This document shows positions 8,869-18,619 of a stretch of 64,000 nucleotides of DNA, one piece after another. Below the pieces are notes generated by a model, which saw only the letters and a program-made list of their open reading frames with translations, was not told the origin of the DNA and ran no database searches. Made by a program: the position numbers and the translations under genes. The DNA is taken from contig CAVPIB010000008.1 in NCBI GenBank assembly GCA_963704885.1, positions 47,654 to 111,653 on the forward strand, written 5' to 3'. How positions within the stretch are numbered: the stretch's first letter is position 1; the number at the start of each line of letters is the position of its first letter. Source of the stretch: an uncultured Actinomycetes bacterium (GTDB lineage Bacteria; Actinomycetota; UBA4738; HRBIN12).

Positions 8869-10593
8869 ATGGGGATCCGTCGAAACCTCCTCGCCTCGCT
8901 CCTGGCCGCGCTGACCTTGCTGGCGGCTTGTACCTCCACGGGGTCCGACCCCGGCGATGGCCCCAGCGGAGCCGGGACGACCGGCCCGTCGGTCGAGCCG
9001 ACGTCGCCTGGGTCCGTGCCGGACGGTGCGATCGAGCGCGCGGTATGCGCGATACCCGATCTGCTGCTGTCCAGGACGTGGCGCGGGGACCGGCGCGACC
9101 GATCCGGCGACATCCAACTGCTCCCGAAGGAACCGAACTTCGTCGGACACGGCGGCCTGCCGCATTCAGGACCGTGGGACTACATCTCGGCCGTGCCGTT
9201 GCTCTGGTACGGGCCCGGCCACATCCGCGAGGCAGGCGAGATCGGTCGACGTGTAACGCTAGCCGACCTGGCGCCGACCACGGGCGAGCTGATCGGATTC
9301 CCGTTCGACGCGCCGGACGGCCAAGTGCTGCAGGACGCACTGGAGCCGGGAGCCACGCCGGCGAAGCTGGTCGTGACGGTCGTGTGGGACGGCGCCGGGA
9401 GCGAAGTACTGAGTGCATGGCCCGACGACTGGCCGTACCTCCGGTCGCTGATCCCGAGGGGTGTGTGGTACGAGCGCGCGGAGGTGGGGTCGTCGCCACC
9501 GAGCACCGCGCAGATCCACGCGACGATGGGGACCGGCGCGTTCAGCCGGAACCACGGCATCGTGGCGCACCATTTCCGGATCGGCGCAACCCTGACGGAT
9601 CCCTGGACCCGCGGGCCGGGCTCGCTGATCCTGCCGACGATCGGCGATCTATACGACCAGGCGCGCGGCAACGAGCCGTTGATCGGCGCCATCGCGACCG
9701 TCGCGATCCACCTGGGGATGCTGGGGCACGGCTCCTACATGACGGGGGGCGACCGGGACCTGGCCGTCACGCGCGAGATCGAGGGCGCGGCGACGCTCGG
9801 CGCCGAGGGCGTCCGCTGGCGCCTCACAGGCAACGTCAAGCCGTACTACGACTTCCCCGCCTACGTGAACAGACTCCCGAGGATCTCGAACTACTTCGGC
9901 GATGTGGATCGAAGCGACGGCCAGCTCGACGGCGCGTGGCACGGCCACGATCTGGCGGGGCCCGAGACGCTCGGTGGCTTCATGACTCCGGCGCGGATCC
10001 CGTACCAGAACGACCTGATCGAGGAGGTCGTGCGACGCGAGGGCTTCGGTGCAGACGACGTGCCCGACCTGCTGTACATCAACTACAAGCTGACCGACGA
10101 GATCGGGCACACGGACTCGATGAACAGCGTCGAGATGTCTGACGCCGTGCGTGCCACGGACGAGGGACTGCGAGAACTGGTCGGGATCCTCGACTCGGTC
10201 GTGGGCGAGGGGGAGTGGGCGATGGCGGTCACGGCCGACCACGGCCACACGCCCGACCCGGACGTGAGCGGGGCGTACGTGATCTCGCCCACGGCGGTGG
10301 CCGACGTGACGAACGCTGCGTTCGACCTGGACGACGACGAGGTGAAGGTCGTCGAGTACACCCAGCCGACGCAGGTGTTCATCAATCAGGGCGAGCTGGC
10401 CGAGCACGGATCCACCCTGAACGACGTGTCGGCGTTCCTGATGGGGCTGACGTTCCGCGACGTCGGTTCGCCAACGTGGCCCGTTCCCGAGGGGAGTTTG
10501 GACCAGAAGGCGTTCGTGGCGGCTTACCCGTCTCAACTGCTCGACACCCTCGCGTGCGTCCCTCGCGGTCCCGGACCGGCGGGTTCCGGATGA
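8869..10593 (+). CDS. Alkaline-phosphatase-superfamily (PafA/NPP-like) lipoprotein, circularly permuted
   Basis: Lipobox LAAC; KLVVTVVWDG, PSTAQIH..TG...HGI, PDLL..TDEIGH, TADHG; the normally C-terminal RSGD..H.GPWDY..VPL..DLAPT block precedes them. Confidence 0.85.
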   Translation: MGIRRNLLASLLAALTLLAACTSTGSDPGDGPSGAGTTGPSVEPTSPGSVPDGAIERAVCAIPDLLLSRTWRGDRRDRSGDIQLLPKEPNFVGHGGLPHSGPWDYISAVPLLWYGPGHIREAGEIGRRVTLADLAPTTGELIGFPFDAPDGQVLQDALEPGATPAKLVVTVVWDGAGSEVLSAWPDDWPYLRSLIPRGVWYERAEVGSSPPSTAQIHATMGTGAFSRNHGIVAHHFRIGATLTDPWTRGPGSLILPTIGDLYDQARGNEPLIGAIATVAIHLGMLGHGSYMTGGDRDLAVTREIEGAATLGAEGVRWRLTGNVKPYYDFPAYVNRLPRISNYFGDVDRSDGQLDGAWHGHDLAGPETLGGFMTPARIPYQNDLIEEVVRREGFGADDVPDLLYINYKLTDEIGHTDSMNSVEMSDAVRATDEGLRELVGILDSVVGEGEWAMAVTADHGHTPDPDVSGAYVISPTAVADVTNAAFDLDDDEVKVVEYTQPTQVFINQGELAEHGSTLNDVSAFLMGLTFRDVGSPTWPVPEGSLDQKAFVAAYPSQLLDTLACVPRGPGPAGSG

Positions 10594-10658
10594 CCGGTCG
10601 GTCGGTCGGTCGTTGAGATGGCCTCGAGAGGCCCGCTGCTAGACTGCCCTCCGTTCCT

Positions 10659-10734
10659 TCCGGGGTAGCTCAATCGGCAGAGCGGCGGACTGTTAATCCG
10701 TAGGTTGTGGGTTCGAGTCCCACCCCCGGAGCCA
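10659..10734 (+). tRNA. tRNA-Asn (GTT)
   Basis: TCCGGGG/CCCCGGA acceptor stem, anticodon loop CTGTTAA, GTTCGAGTC T-arm, encoded CCA; TAGACT upstream. Confidence 0.97.
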
Positions 10735-10850
10735 CCGTTCCTAACGTCGGACCTGGTCACCTCGCAGCCGTAGGCGCTCAACTCAAAGGGACCGGTGCCA
10801 TTCGCCTGCATGCTGCCCCACGACCCGTCCGTTCGGATTAGGGTTCGTTC

Positions 10851-11261
10851 ATGCCCGACCCGTTACCCCAACGCAACCTGATACTCATCCTGGCGAGGAA
10901 CTTCGCCTCGCGCCTGGCCACCGCCGTCTTCCTCGTGGATGCCGAGGGGCGCGTCATCTTCTTCAACGAAGCGGCCGAACGTCTGCTGGGCCAGCGATTC
11001 GTCGAGGGCCACGGCATGACACCCGCCGAGTACGCCAAGCTCTTCCAGCCATCTGACGACGAGGGGAACCCGATCCCGATATTGGAGACGCCCCTCGGTG
11101 TCGCGTTCGCGCGGGGCGAGCCGGGTCACGGACGACTCAAGATCCGTGGCGCCGATGGCATCACGCGGTCGATCGAGGCCACTGCTTTCCCGCTCCTCGC
11201 CCACACGGACGAGCTCGTCGGGGCGATCACTATCTTCTGGGAGCTCCCGGACGGGAGGTAG
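10851..11261 (+). CDS. Stand-alone PAS domain protein
   Basis: AVFLVDAEGRVIFFNEAAERLLG; IEATAFPL...VGAITIFW. Confidence 0.85.
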   Translation: MPDPLPQRNLILILARNFASRLATAVFLVDAEGRVIFFNEAAERLLGQRFVEGHGMTPAEYAKLFQPSDDEGNPIPILETPLGVAFARGEPGHGRLKIRGADGITRSIEATAFPLLAHTDELVGAITIFWELPDGR

Positions 11262-12104
11262 ATGCGGGCGCGGATCTGGGGATGTCGCGGCTCCATCGCC
11301 ACGCCGGTTTCGGAGACGGCGCGATACGGAGGGAACACCTCGTGCATCGAGGTGCGGCTCGATGACGGAACCTTGCTCATCCTTGACGCGGGAACGGGAG
11401 CGCGAGGGCTCGGTCTCGCCCTTCTCGAGGATCCGCCTGAGAGGATCCACCTGCTCCTCACGCATCTCCACGTCGACCACTTGGAGGGTCTCGGGGCCTT
11501 CGAGCCGATCTGGCGTGCCGATACCGACCTGCACATCTGGGGACCGGCGTCGCCTATAGCCTCGCTCGACGAGCGGATCGCCACGTACTTCTCGCCTCCG
11601 TTGTTCCCGATCCACATGTCGGAAGTGCCAGCCCGGTGCACGTTCCATGACTCTCCCGAGAACCGATGGCAGATCGGCGGCGCGACGCTGTGGTCGGCTC
11701 CGATCCAGCATCCGGGTGCGACCGTCGGCTATCGGATCGAGGCCGATGGGAAGGTGCTGACGTATCTCACCGACCACGAGCCGGCTCTCGGCGTGGACCT
11801 TCGAACCATGCCTCCGGACTGGATCTCGGGGTTCGCGCTGGCGTCTCGCGCGGACGTACTGGTCCACGATTGCCAGTACACGCCGGAGGAGTACGAAAGG
11901 CGTTTCGGCTACGGTCACTCGAGCACCGAGCACGTGGCCGTGTTCGCCGAGAAGGCCGATGTCGATCGTCTGGTGCTCTTCCACCACGACCCGATGCACA
12001 CCGACGTGCAACTAGACGCGATGCGCGACGACGTCGTCGATCGGTGGCGCGCGGACCCGGAGCGATGCCTGCTGGCGACCGAGGGTGCTGAGTTGATCCT
12101 CTAG
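11262..12104 (+). CDS. MBL-fold metallo-hydrolase (cyclic-nucleotide phosphodiesterase/RNase Z-like)
   Basis: WGCRGS..YGGNTSC, LDAGTG, THLHVDH, TDHE, GHS, FHHDP; abuts the PAS gene. Confidence 0.9.
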   Translation: MRARIWGCRGSIATPVSETARYGGNTSCIEVRLDDGTLLILDAGTGARGLGLALLEDPPERIHLLLTHLHVDHLEGLGAFEPIWRADTDLHIWGPASPIASLDERIATYFSPPLFPIHMSEVPARCTFHDSPENRWQIGGATLWSAPIQHPGATVGYRIEADGKVLTYLTDHEPALGVDLRTMPPDWISGFALASRADVLVHDCQYTPEEYERRFGYGHSSTEHVAVFAEKADVDRLVLFHHDPMHTDVQLDAMRDDVVDRWRADPERCLLATEGAELIL

Positions 12105-12216
12105 TGTCTCGACACCGCGCCCGGTGCGGTCCCGCCGATCCGTGGTGTTAACTCCCTCTTCAAGTGTGGTGTGAGCACCGTGAGCGTCTGTGCCCTCCCG
12201 GCCGTACCGTCTTGGT

Positions 12217-13605
12217 ATGAAACGATCCGTCGTTGCACTGTTGATCTTGACCCTCGCAGCGGCGAGCTGTGACGCGGCATCGCCTGCTCCTGCGACGCCC
12301 ACCTCGGCCGGCCGGAGCGATGGTCTCCACCATGTGGTCCTAGACACGGACCTAGCCTTCGACGACATCATGGCGCTCCTCTACCTCCTGCGCCGCGACG
12401 ACGTATCGGTGGATGCGGTGACCGTGGCAGGGACGGGGGAGGCTCACTGTGACCCCGGGGTCCGCAACGCCCAGGCGCTCTTGGCTCTGGGCGGCTCCCC
12501 AGATACCCCCGTCGCCTGTGGTCGCGAGACGCCGCTCGACGGCTCGAACGCCTTCCCCGACGAGTGGCGTGTCGCGGTCGACGATCTGTCGATGCTCGAT
12601 CTGCCGCAGGTGAGCGGCGAGGCGGACCCGAGAGGTGCGGCCGGGCTGCTGCTCGATTCGCTCGACGGCGAGACTACCCTGATCACCCTGGGGCCGCTCA
12701 CGAACGTCGCCGAGGCGCTCCGGGTCGATCCGACGCTCGCCGAGCGGGTGCCGACCTTCGTCGCCATGGCCGGTGCGATCGATGTCGCGGGTAATGCCCC
12801 GGGAGAGGTTGCGGAGTACAACGTGTGGGCGGATCCTCTAGCTGCGAAGGAGGTTATCGAGGGCATGGGTGTGGCGCTCGTCCCGCTCGACGCCACCAAC
12901 GACGTCCCTTTCACCCGGTACTTCGCGGACGTGCTCGAGCAGAACCTGCGGACACCGGAGGCTGAGGCTGTGTTCACGCTCATCGGCGCGAACGAGGACC
13001 AGTTCTTCAGTGACGGGTACTCGTTCTGGGACACGTTGGCGACGGCCCTGGTCTTCGAGCCCGATATCGCAACGTGGGATGAGGCTTCCGTTTCCGTCAC
13101 CCCGTCGGCGTCCGCGGCCGGCTGGATCGCTCGCCTCGACAAAGGCTCGCCCGTTCGCTTCGCAGACGCAGTGCCCGATCCCCTCGAGTTCGAGCGGGAG
13201 TACCTCTCGACGCTCACGGGAGGTCCGGTCGGCGCCCTGCGGCCTGAGCCCACCCTGACGGTGGCCTTCGACGGCCGGCGATGCACGGTGTCTCCGACGT
13301 CGATCCCCTCTGGTTCTCACGACGTCGCCTATATCGCCCCGACCGAGTCCGGATCCGCCGCGATCCTCGTTCGGTTCCGAGCTGGTTCGTCCTACGAGAA
13401 GCTGCGGGATGCACTCGGGCCTCCCGGCTCGGAGGTCAACACGGAGGACCCCGCGATCATGAAGACCGAGCCGTTCGCGTGGATCCTCGGGCTGACTCCG
13501 GTCGAGATCCCCGCCGGGATGATCGCGGCCGTATGCGTGACAGGTGAGGAGAGCGGGGACGCGCCGCCACGAGCCTGGCTCAGTCCAAGGGTCGACGTGA
13601 CATGA
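12217..13605 (+). CDS. Nucleoside hydrolase lipoprotein with extra C-terminal domain
   Basis: Lipobox LAAASC; DTDLAFDD, LGPLTNVA, AEYNVWADP, PLDAT, FWD motifs of the IU/IAG nucleoside hydrolase family. Confidence 0.85.
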   Translation: MKRSVVALLILTLAAASCDAASPAPATPTSAGRSDGLHHVVLDTDLAFDDIMALLYLLRRDDVSVDAVTVAGTGEAHCDPGVRNAQALLALGGSPDTPVACGRETPLDGSNAFPDEWRVAVDDLSMLDLPQVSGEADPRGAAGLLLDSLDGETTLITLGPLTNVAEALRVDPTLAERVPTFVAMAGAIDVAGNAPGEVAEYNVWADPLAAKEVIEGMGVALVPLDATNDVPFTRYFADVLEQNLRTPEAEAVFTLIGANEDQFFSDGYSFWDTLATALVFEPDIATWDEASVSVTPSASAAGWIARLDKGSPVRFADAVPDPLEFEREYLSTLTGGPVGALRPEPTLTVAFDGRRCTVSPTSIPSGSHDVAYIAPTESGSAAILVRFRAGSSYEKLRDALGPPGSEVNTEDPAIMKTEPFAWILGLTPVEIPAGMIAAVCVTGEESGDAPPRAWLSPRVDVT

Positions 13606-13616
13606 GCTCGGTCAAG

Positions 13617-14702
13617 CTAGCGATCCAGCCGGTAGAAGCGAAGGAAGTCGTGCTCGATCGGCAGGATCGAGACGTTCTCGAACCCGGCGCCCTTCGCGTA
13701 GTTCTCGAACGTCGCTCTCCTCATCACGGTGCCTGTCGCCGCTGAGGTGTGGTCGTCCATGGCCGAGGGCAGGCAGCACAGGACGCTGTAGGCGTAGAAG
13801 ATCCGTTCGGTTTCACTGGCGGGCGCCGTGAACGAGTCCTCGGTCCGCTCGTCGGCGACTATCAGCGTGCCGCCGGGCTTCAGCATCCCTCTGATCGAGC
13901 TCAAGACCGCCACGGGCTGCGACATGTCGTGGATCGACTCGACCACGACCGCCAGGTCGTAGCTGCCCTCTAGTGTGGGATCGGCCGCGTCCTTAGCGTG
14001 GAAGTTCACGCGGTCGGCGACGCCGGCCTCCTCGGCGTTGCGCGAGGCGAGCTCGATGGAAAGGTCGTCGGGATCGATGCCGTCGACCGTGATGTTGGGG
14101 TAGGCCCGCGCGAGCGAGATGGCGGCCCAGCCGACCCCGCACGCGATGTCGGCGACCCGCGCACCCGACTCGCTCAGGAGCCGGTCGTGGATGTCGGAGA
14201 TGGAAGGGATGTATTCGGTGCCGAGCGAACCCACGAGCCAGGGCCGGTTGAAGTCACCCTGCGCTTCGGTCATGTCTTGGCCGTACGCGCTCCAGGGGAC
14301 CGGGCCTCCGCTGCGGAACGCGGCGACGAGGTCCGGCATGGCGCCCGACACCGCGACGAACGACTTGCAGAACGGCGCGATGGAGTACGGACTCTCGGGA
14401 TCCAGCAAAGGCTCGATGTGCCCCGGCGGCAGGCTGTATCGGCGCTCGTGCTCCTGGGCCGATACGTCGTCTACAGCCAAGATGCCGGCTGCCGCCTGCT
14501 GTTCCAGCCATTCCCGCGAGTATCGCTCGAAGATCCCAGCGGTCGCGGCGAGTTCGGGGGCAGTCAGAGAGCCCGCCCGCTCGAGAGCCCGATAGAGCCC
14601 GAGTTTGTCTCCGAGGTAGACGGTCAGGATCTCGGCCATCCCGAGACCCGCCGAGAACAACCTCCCAACCAGCTCGTCGCGCTGGGAATCCACATCAACC
14701 AT
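13617..14702 (-). CDS. SAM-dependent methyltransferase with N-terminal winged helix (Rv2258c-like)
   Basis: YLGDKLGLY, ERYSREWL, ADIACGVG, ESIHDM, CCLP motifs. Confidence 0.9.
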   Translation of the reverse strand: MVDVDSQRDELVGRLFSAGLGMAEILTVYLGDKLGLYRALERAGSLTAPELAATAGIFERYSREWLEQQAAAGILAVDDVSAQEHERRYSLPPGHIEPLLDPESPYSIAPFCKSFVAVSGAMPDLVAAFRSGGPVPWSAYGQDMTEAQGDFNRPWLVGSLGTEYIPSISDIHDRLLSESGARVADIACGVGWAAISLARAYPNITVDGIDPDDLSIELASRNAEEAGVADRVNFHAKDAADPTLEGSYDLAVVVESIHDMSQPVAVLSSIRGMLKPGGTLIVADERTEDSFTAPASETERIFYAYSVLCCLPSAMDDHTSAATGTVMRRATFENYAKGAGFENVSILPIEHDFLRFYRLDR

Positions 14703-14736
14703 GACGATCTCCCCCTCGTTGTTCTGGAATCGACAG

Positions 14737-14766
14737 ATGCTTCGTCGGGACCGATGTGGTTGTCAA
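14737..14766 (-). promoter_or_regulatory. SigA-type promoter for the methyltransferase
   Basis: Minus strand TTGACA-N18-AAGCAT upstream of start 14702. Confidence 0.45.
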
Positions 14767-14793
14767 GGTCCCGCGGCCTCACGATCTCCCGGC

Positions 14794-15711
14794 TCAGCGG
14801 TCCCGCAGTCGCGGACTGAGAACCTCGTCGAGGGCGTAGCCCACCATCGTGAACGAGAGGGTCACGATCAAGATCGCGAGCCCTGGAGGTATCAGCCACC
14901 ACCACCAGCCGGCGGAGAGCGCCCCGGCCGTGAAGGACTCCTCGATGATTCGGCCCCACGAGATCGTGTTCGGGTCGCCCAGACCCAGGATCGCGAGCGT
15001 CGTCTCCGACAGGATCGCGAGAGCCACCATCAGGACGGCGTTCGCGAACAGAACCGGGAAGACGTTCGGGAGCACGTGTCGTGTCAGGAGATGCCAATGC
15101 CCGGCACCCAGAGCGCGCGACCGTTCGATGAACGGTCGCTCTTTCACGCTGAGGGCCTGTGATCGAACCAGCCGCGCGGTGCTCGCCCAAGAAGTGATCG
15201 CGATGACGAGGATCACGTTGAAGAGCGTCGGTCCCAGTATCGACGCCAGCGCGATCGCGAGCGCTATCCACGGCAGTACCAGGAACCAGTTCGTGAATGC
15301 GTTGAGCGCGGTGTCGACCTTCGTGCCTCCGAAGTAGCCCGCGGTGATACCTACCGCGGCACCGATCAGGATCGCGCCCAAGGCGGCCGTGAAGCCGACA
15401 AGGAGCGAGATCCGTGTACCCACGATCATCAGCAAGAGCACGGATCGACCGAAGTTATCGGTACCCAGGGGGAAGGCGAGCGAGGGCGGTGACAGGGGTA
15501 CACCGGGTGCGGTGGCCGGGTCGATCGCCGAGGCCGGTACGAAGAAGGGTCCAACGATGGCGAGCACCACGAAGAACGTGAGAACCATCAGGCCGATGCG
15601 CCCCTGGCGGTTCTGCATGAAGGTCCGCCAGTGCGCGGCGATCGCCGCACGGCGCCGTCCCCAGATGAGAGACCGCGCCGACGGGTGCTCGAGCTTAGGC
15701 TCGGCCGACAT
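14794..15711 (-). CDS. Peptide/opine/nickel ABC permease (DppC/OppC-like)
   Basis: PLGTDNFGR, EAA-like loop FIERSRALGA, multiple TMs. Confidence 0.93.
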   Translation of the reverse strand: MSAEPKLEHPSARSLIWGRRRAAIAAHWRTFMQNRQGRIGLMVLTFFVVLAIVGPFFVPASAIDPATAPGVPLSPPSLAFPLGTDNFGRSVLLLMIVGTRISLLVGFTAALGAILIGAAVGITAGYFGGTKVDTALNAFTNWFLVLPWIALAIALASILGPTLFNVILVIAITSWASTARLVRSQALSVKERPFIERSRALGAGHWHLLTRHVLPNVFPVLFANAVLMVALAILSETTLAILGLGDPNTISWGRIIEESFTAGALSAGWWWWLIPPGLAILIVTLSFTMVGYALDEVLSPRLRDR

Positions 15712-15712
15712 C

Positions 15713-16678
15713 TCAGGCCTCCCGCACGCGTGGATCGACGTAGCCGTAGGCCACGTCGGCGACTAGGTTGAACGCGATCACGGCCGCACTCGACAGCAGG
15801 AACACACCCTGGATCACTGGATAGTCGAGCGTCTGGATCGCGTTGTACGTGAGCAGCCCGATCCCGGGCCATGAGAAGACAGCCTCGATCACTACCGCCC
15901 CGCCCAGCACGAAGCCGATGCTCAGGAAGATCAGCGTGAAGGTCGGGAGGAAGGCGTTGGGTACGACGTGCCTGCGCCGGATCATCGACTCGGGCACACC
16001 TTTGGCACGCGCGACCATGACGAAGTCCTCGTTCACCGTGTCGACCATCGAGGAGCGCATGATGATGGAGTACGAGCCGATGTAGCCGAGCGTGAGCGTG
16101 AGCACGGGCAGGAACAGGTGATCGGCGATGTCGACGACCCGGGCCATGCCGGTGAGTCCGCCCGACTCGAACCCCCCCGCCGGGAACCACCCCAGGATCC
16201 CCGAGAACGTGATCAGGAGCAGCATCCCGAGCCAGCCCTCGGGCATCGAGTACAGGACCATCGACCCGTAGAGAGTCGAGGTGTCGAACCGGCTCCCCCG
16301 TGACCACCCGCCCTTGATACCGATCAAGACCCCGAGCACGGTCGCGAACAAGGTCCCGAGGCCCACCAAGAGCACGGTTGGCCACAACCGCGATCCGATG
16401 ATCTCGGTCACAGGCCTCGCGGTTCGCAGAGAGACCCCGAGGTTCCCAGACAAGGTCTGCCCCACGTACGTCACGTACTGCTGCGGCAGCGGTTGGTCCA
16501 GCCCGAGCGTGGCTCGCTGCTCGGCGATGTCGGCCTCCGTCAGCCGCTGGCTGCGAGCCAGCAGCCCGATCGGGTCACCGGGCAGCACTCGGAAGAGGAA
16601 GAAGTTGAAGGTCAGCACGAACAGGAGCGTGACGAGCGCCTGAAGGACCTTGCTCAACAGGTACCGCCGCGACCCCAC
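15713..16678 (-). CDS. Peptide/opine/nickel ABC permease (DppB/OppB-like)
   Basis: PGDP, GLDQPL..QY, ARAKG, EAVFSWPGIG, DYPVIQG. Confidence 0.93.
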   Translation of the reverse strand: MGSRRYLLSKVLQALVTLLFVLTFNFFLFRVLPGDPIGLLARSQRLTEADIAEQRATLGLDQPLPQQYVTYVGQTLSGNLGVSLRTARPVTEIIGSRLWPTVLLVGLGTLFATVLGVLIGIKGGWSRGSRFDTSTLYGSMVLYSMPEGWLGMLLLITFSGILGWFPAGGFESGGLTGMARVVDIADHLFLPVLTLTLGYIGSYSIIMRSSMVDTVNEDFVMVARAKGVPESMIRRRHVVPNAFLPTFTLIFLSIGFVLGGAVVIEAVFSWPGIGLLTYNAIQTLDYPVIQGVFLLSSAAVIAFNLVADVAYGYVDPRVREA

Positions 16679-16703
16679 GGGCGTCGCTACCCGAGACCCT
16701 GCG

Positions 16704-18521
16704 TCAGGCCTCGTCTAGGTCGCGACGACGACCCCGGCGTACGATCAGAGCCGTGCCGCCCGCGATCGCGACGATCGCCACGAGCCACAGCCATCCCGGA
16801 ACGCTTGAAGAGCCGGACGGCGCGGGCGAGCCGCCCGTCGACGTCACGACCGGGTGGACGGCGACCAGCGAATCGTAGTTGTAGCCCGGCAACAGGTAGC
16901 CGTTCGCGCCCGGCGCAGGCACCCATCCCTCGAACCGATCGCTCCGGTAGGCCTGGACCCAGCCGGGGTATGCGAGGACCACGCCCGGGACCTGCTCGTA
17001 CACGCGGCGCTGCGCATCGAACACGATCTGCTGCCGTTCCTCGCGATCGAAGATCGTGCCCTGTTGTTCGTAGAGCGCGTCGAACGTCGGGTCCTTCCAG
17101 CAACCGTCGCTCCAGGAGCCGCACTGATCCGAAGTGAAGACGAACAGCTGGTAGTTAGGGTCTGGGTCTCCGCTCCAGTACCAGATGTAGGCATCGAAGC
17201 TCCCGGCGCCCCAGTAGTCGTTCATCTTCGCGTCGGTGACGGGTTTCAGGTTGACCTCGATCCCGATCGCGTTCAGGTAGCCAACGATCAGCTGACCGGC
17301 CTCGACGGCACCGGTGGTGTCCTGCGAGGCGGGGACCAGCATCTGGAGCGGTTCGCCGGTCGATGGGTCTTCGCGTACGCCATCGCCGTCGCTATCGGTG
17401 TACCCAGCCTCTTCGAGCATCGTGGCGGCGCCCTCGGGGTCGTAGGGGATCTCCTCGTCGGCGGGGATGTCCAGATGCCAGAAGGCGGAAGCCGGCCGGA
17501 TGATCGTATCTCCGGTCGTCGCGGTCCCCTGATAGACCTTGTCCGCGATCGCCTGCTTGTCGATCGCCATCGCGATCGCCCGACGCACGTCGAGGTCCTG
17601 CAGCGCCGGAAGCGGGTCCGCGTCGGGCCCCTGTCCGCCGAAGTTGAACGCGAGGTTGAGCCACCAGTCCGAAACGACCTTCTGCACGGTCACGCCGTCC
17701 ATGCTTTCGAGCGACTTCACGAGCGAAGGCTGGACACCGTCGGCAACGTCTATCTCGCCGTTGCGCAGTGCCTGCGTCATCGCTTCTTCGTTCGAGTACA
17801 CGCGGTACTCGATCTTGTCGACAGCCGGCTCCTCGCCCCAGAAGTAGGGGTTCTTCTCCATGGTCCAGCCCTGCCCCTGACTCCATCCTGTGAGGATGAA
17901 CGGCCCGCTCGCGATGGAAGGGGTATTGGGCTGCGTCTTGATCTCGGCCAAGCCTTCGTCGGCCACGTCTTTCCACACCTTCTCCGGCACGACGTACGCC
18001 CAAGGCGGCATGTCGGGCGCGAAGGTCGGTTCCTCCGAGCGCCAGATCAGGGTCCGGTCATCGGGGGTTTCGAAGGTGGGGTTGAACTTGAAGTAGCTCC
18101 TGTACTGCGGGATCTTGTTGTCGATGATGATGCGGTAGGAGAAGGCGACGTCGCGAGAGGTGAGGGCCGACCCGTCGCTCCACTTCAGTCCCTCGCGCAG
18201 GGTGCAGGTCCACACGGTGGAGTCGGTGTTCGCCTCGCATCCCTCGGCGAGGCTGGGCGCGGGGGAGAGCGTCTCGCTGTCGAACTTCAGCAGCATGTCG
18301 TACTGGGCGGTCACGACGGTCCAGTCGCTGCCGGCACTCACCGCGAATGGGTTGTCGGTGATCAGATCGACCGTGGTGCCGACACGCAGAACGACCGGAG
18401 CATCCGCAGCATCCGACGCTTGCCCCTGCGCGAGCGGCGCGGCTGCGGAGAGGATCGCGATCGTCACGGCGGAGGTCGCCCCCAGCACCCGGATCCTGCT
18501 CCGACGTCTCGCTGCCGTCAT
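16704..18521 (-). CDS. Family 5 ABC substrate-binding protein with C-terminal TM anchor
   Basis: Signal peptide, LREGLKWSDG..TSRDVAFS, SGPF, VRRAIAMAIDK; C-terminal TM plus RRGRRR. Confidence 0.92.
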   Translation of the reverse strand: MTAARRRSRIRVLGATSAVTIAILSAAAPLAQGQASDAADAPVVLRVGTTVDLITDNPFAVSAGSDWTVVTAQYDMLLKFDSETLSPAPSLAEGCEANTDSTVWTCTLREGLKWSDGSALTSRDVAFSYRIIIDNKIPQYRSYFKFNPTFETPDDRTLIWRSEEPTFAPDMPPWAYVVPEKVWKDVADEGLAEIKTQPNTPSIASGPFILTGWSQGQGWTMEKNPYFWGEEPAVDKIEYRVYSNEEAMTQALRNGEIDVADGVQPSLVKSLESMDGVTVQKVVSDWWLNLAFNFGGQGPDADPLPALQDLDVRRAIAMAIDKQAIADKVYQGTATTGDTIIRPASAFWHLDIPADEEIPYDPEGAATMLEEAGYTDSDGDGVREDPSTGEPLQMLVPASQDTTGAVEAGQLIVGYLNAIGIEVNLKPVTDAKMNDYWGAGSFDAYIWYWSGDPDPNYQLFVFTSDQCGSWSDGCWKDPTFDALYEQQGTIFDREERQQIVFDAQRRVYEQVPGVVLAYPGWVQAYRSDRFEGWVPAPGANGYLLPGYNYDSLVAVHPVVTSTGGSPAPSGSSSVPGWLWLVAIVAIAGGTALIVRRGRRRDLDEA

Positions 18522-18619
18522 GCCACCCTCCCGTACCGTCGCCGCGTCGACGCACCCCTACGACCCAGTACGCGCCACGGCCGGAATCTAGCCTGCGCCT
18601 CGCCGGCGACATACTCCAT

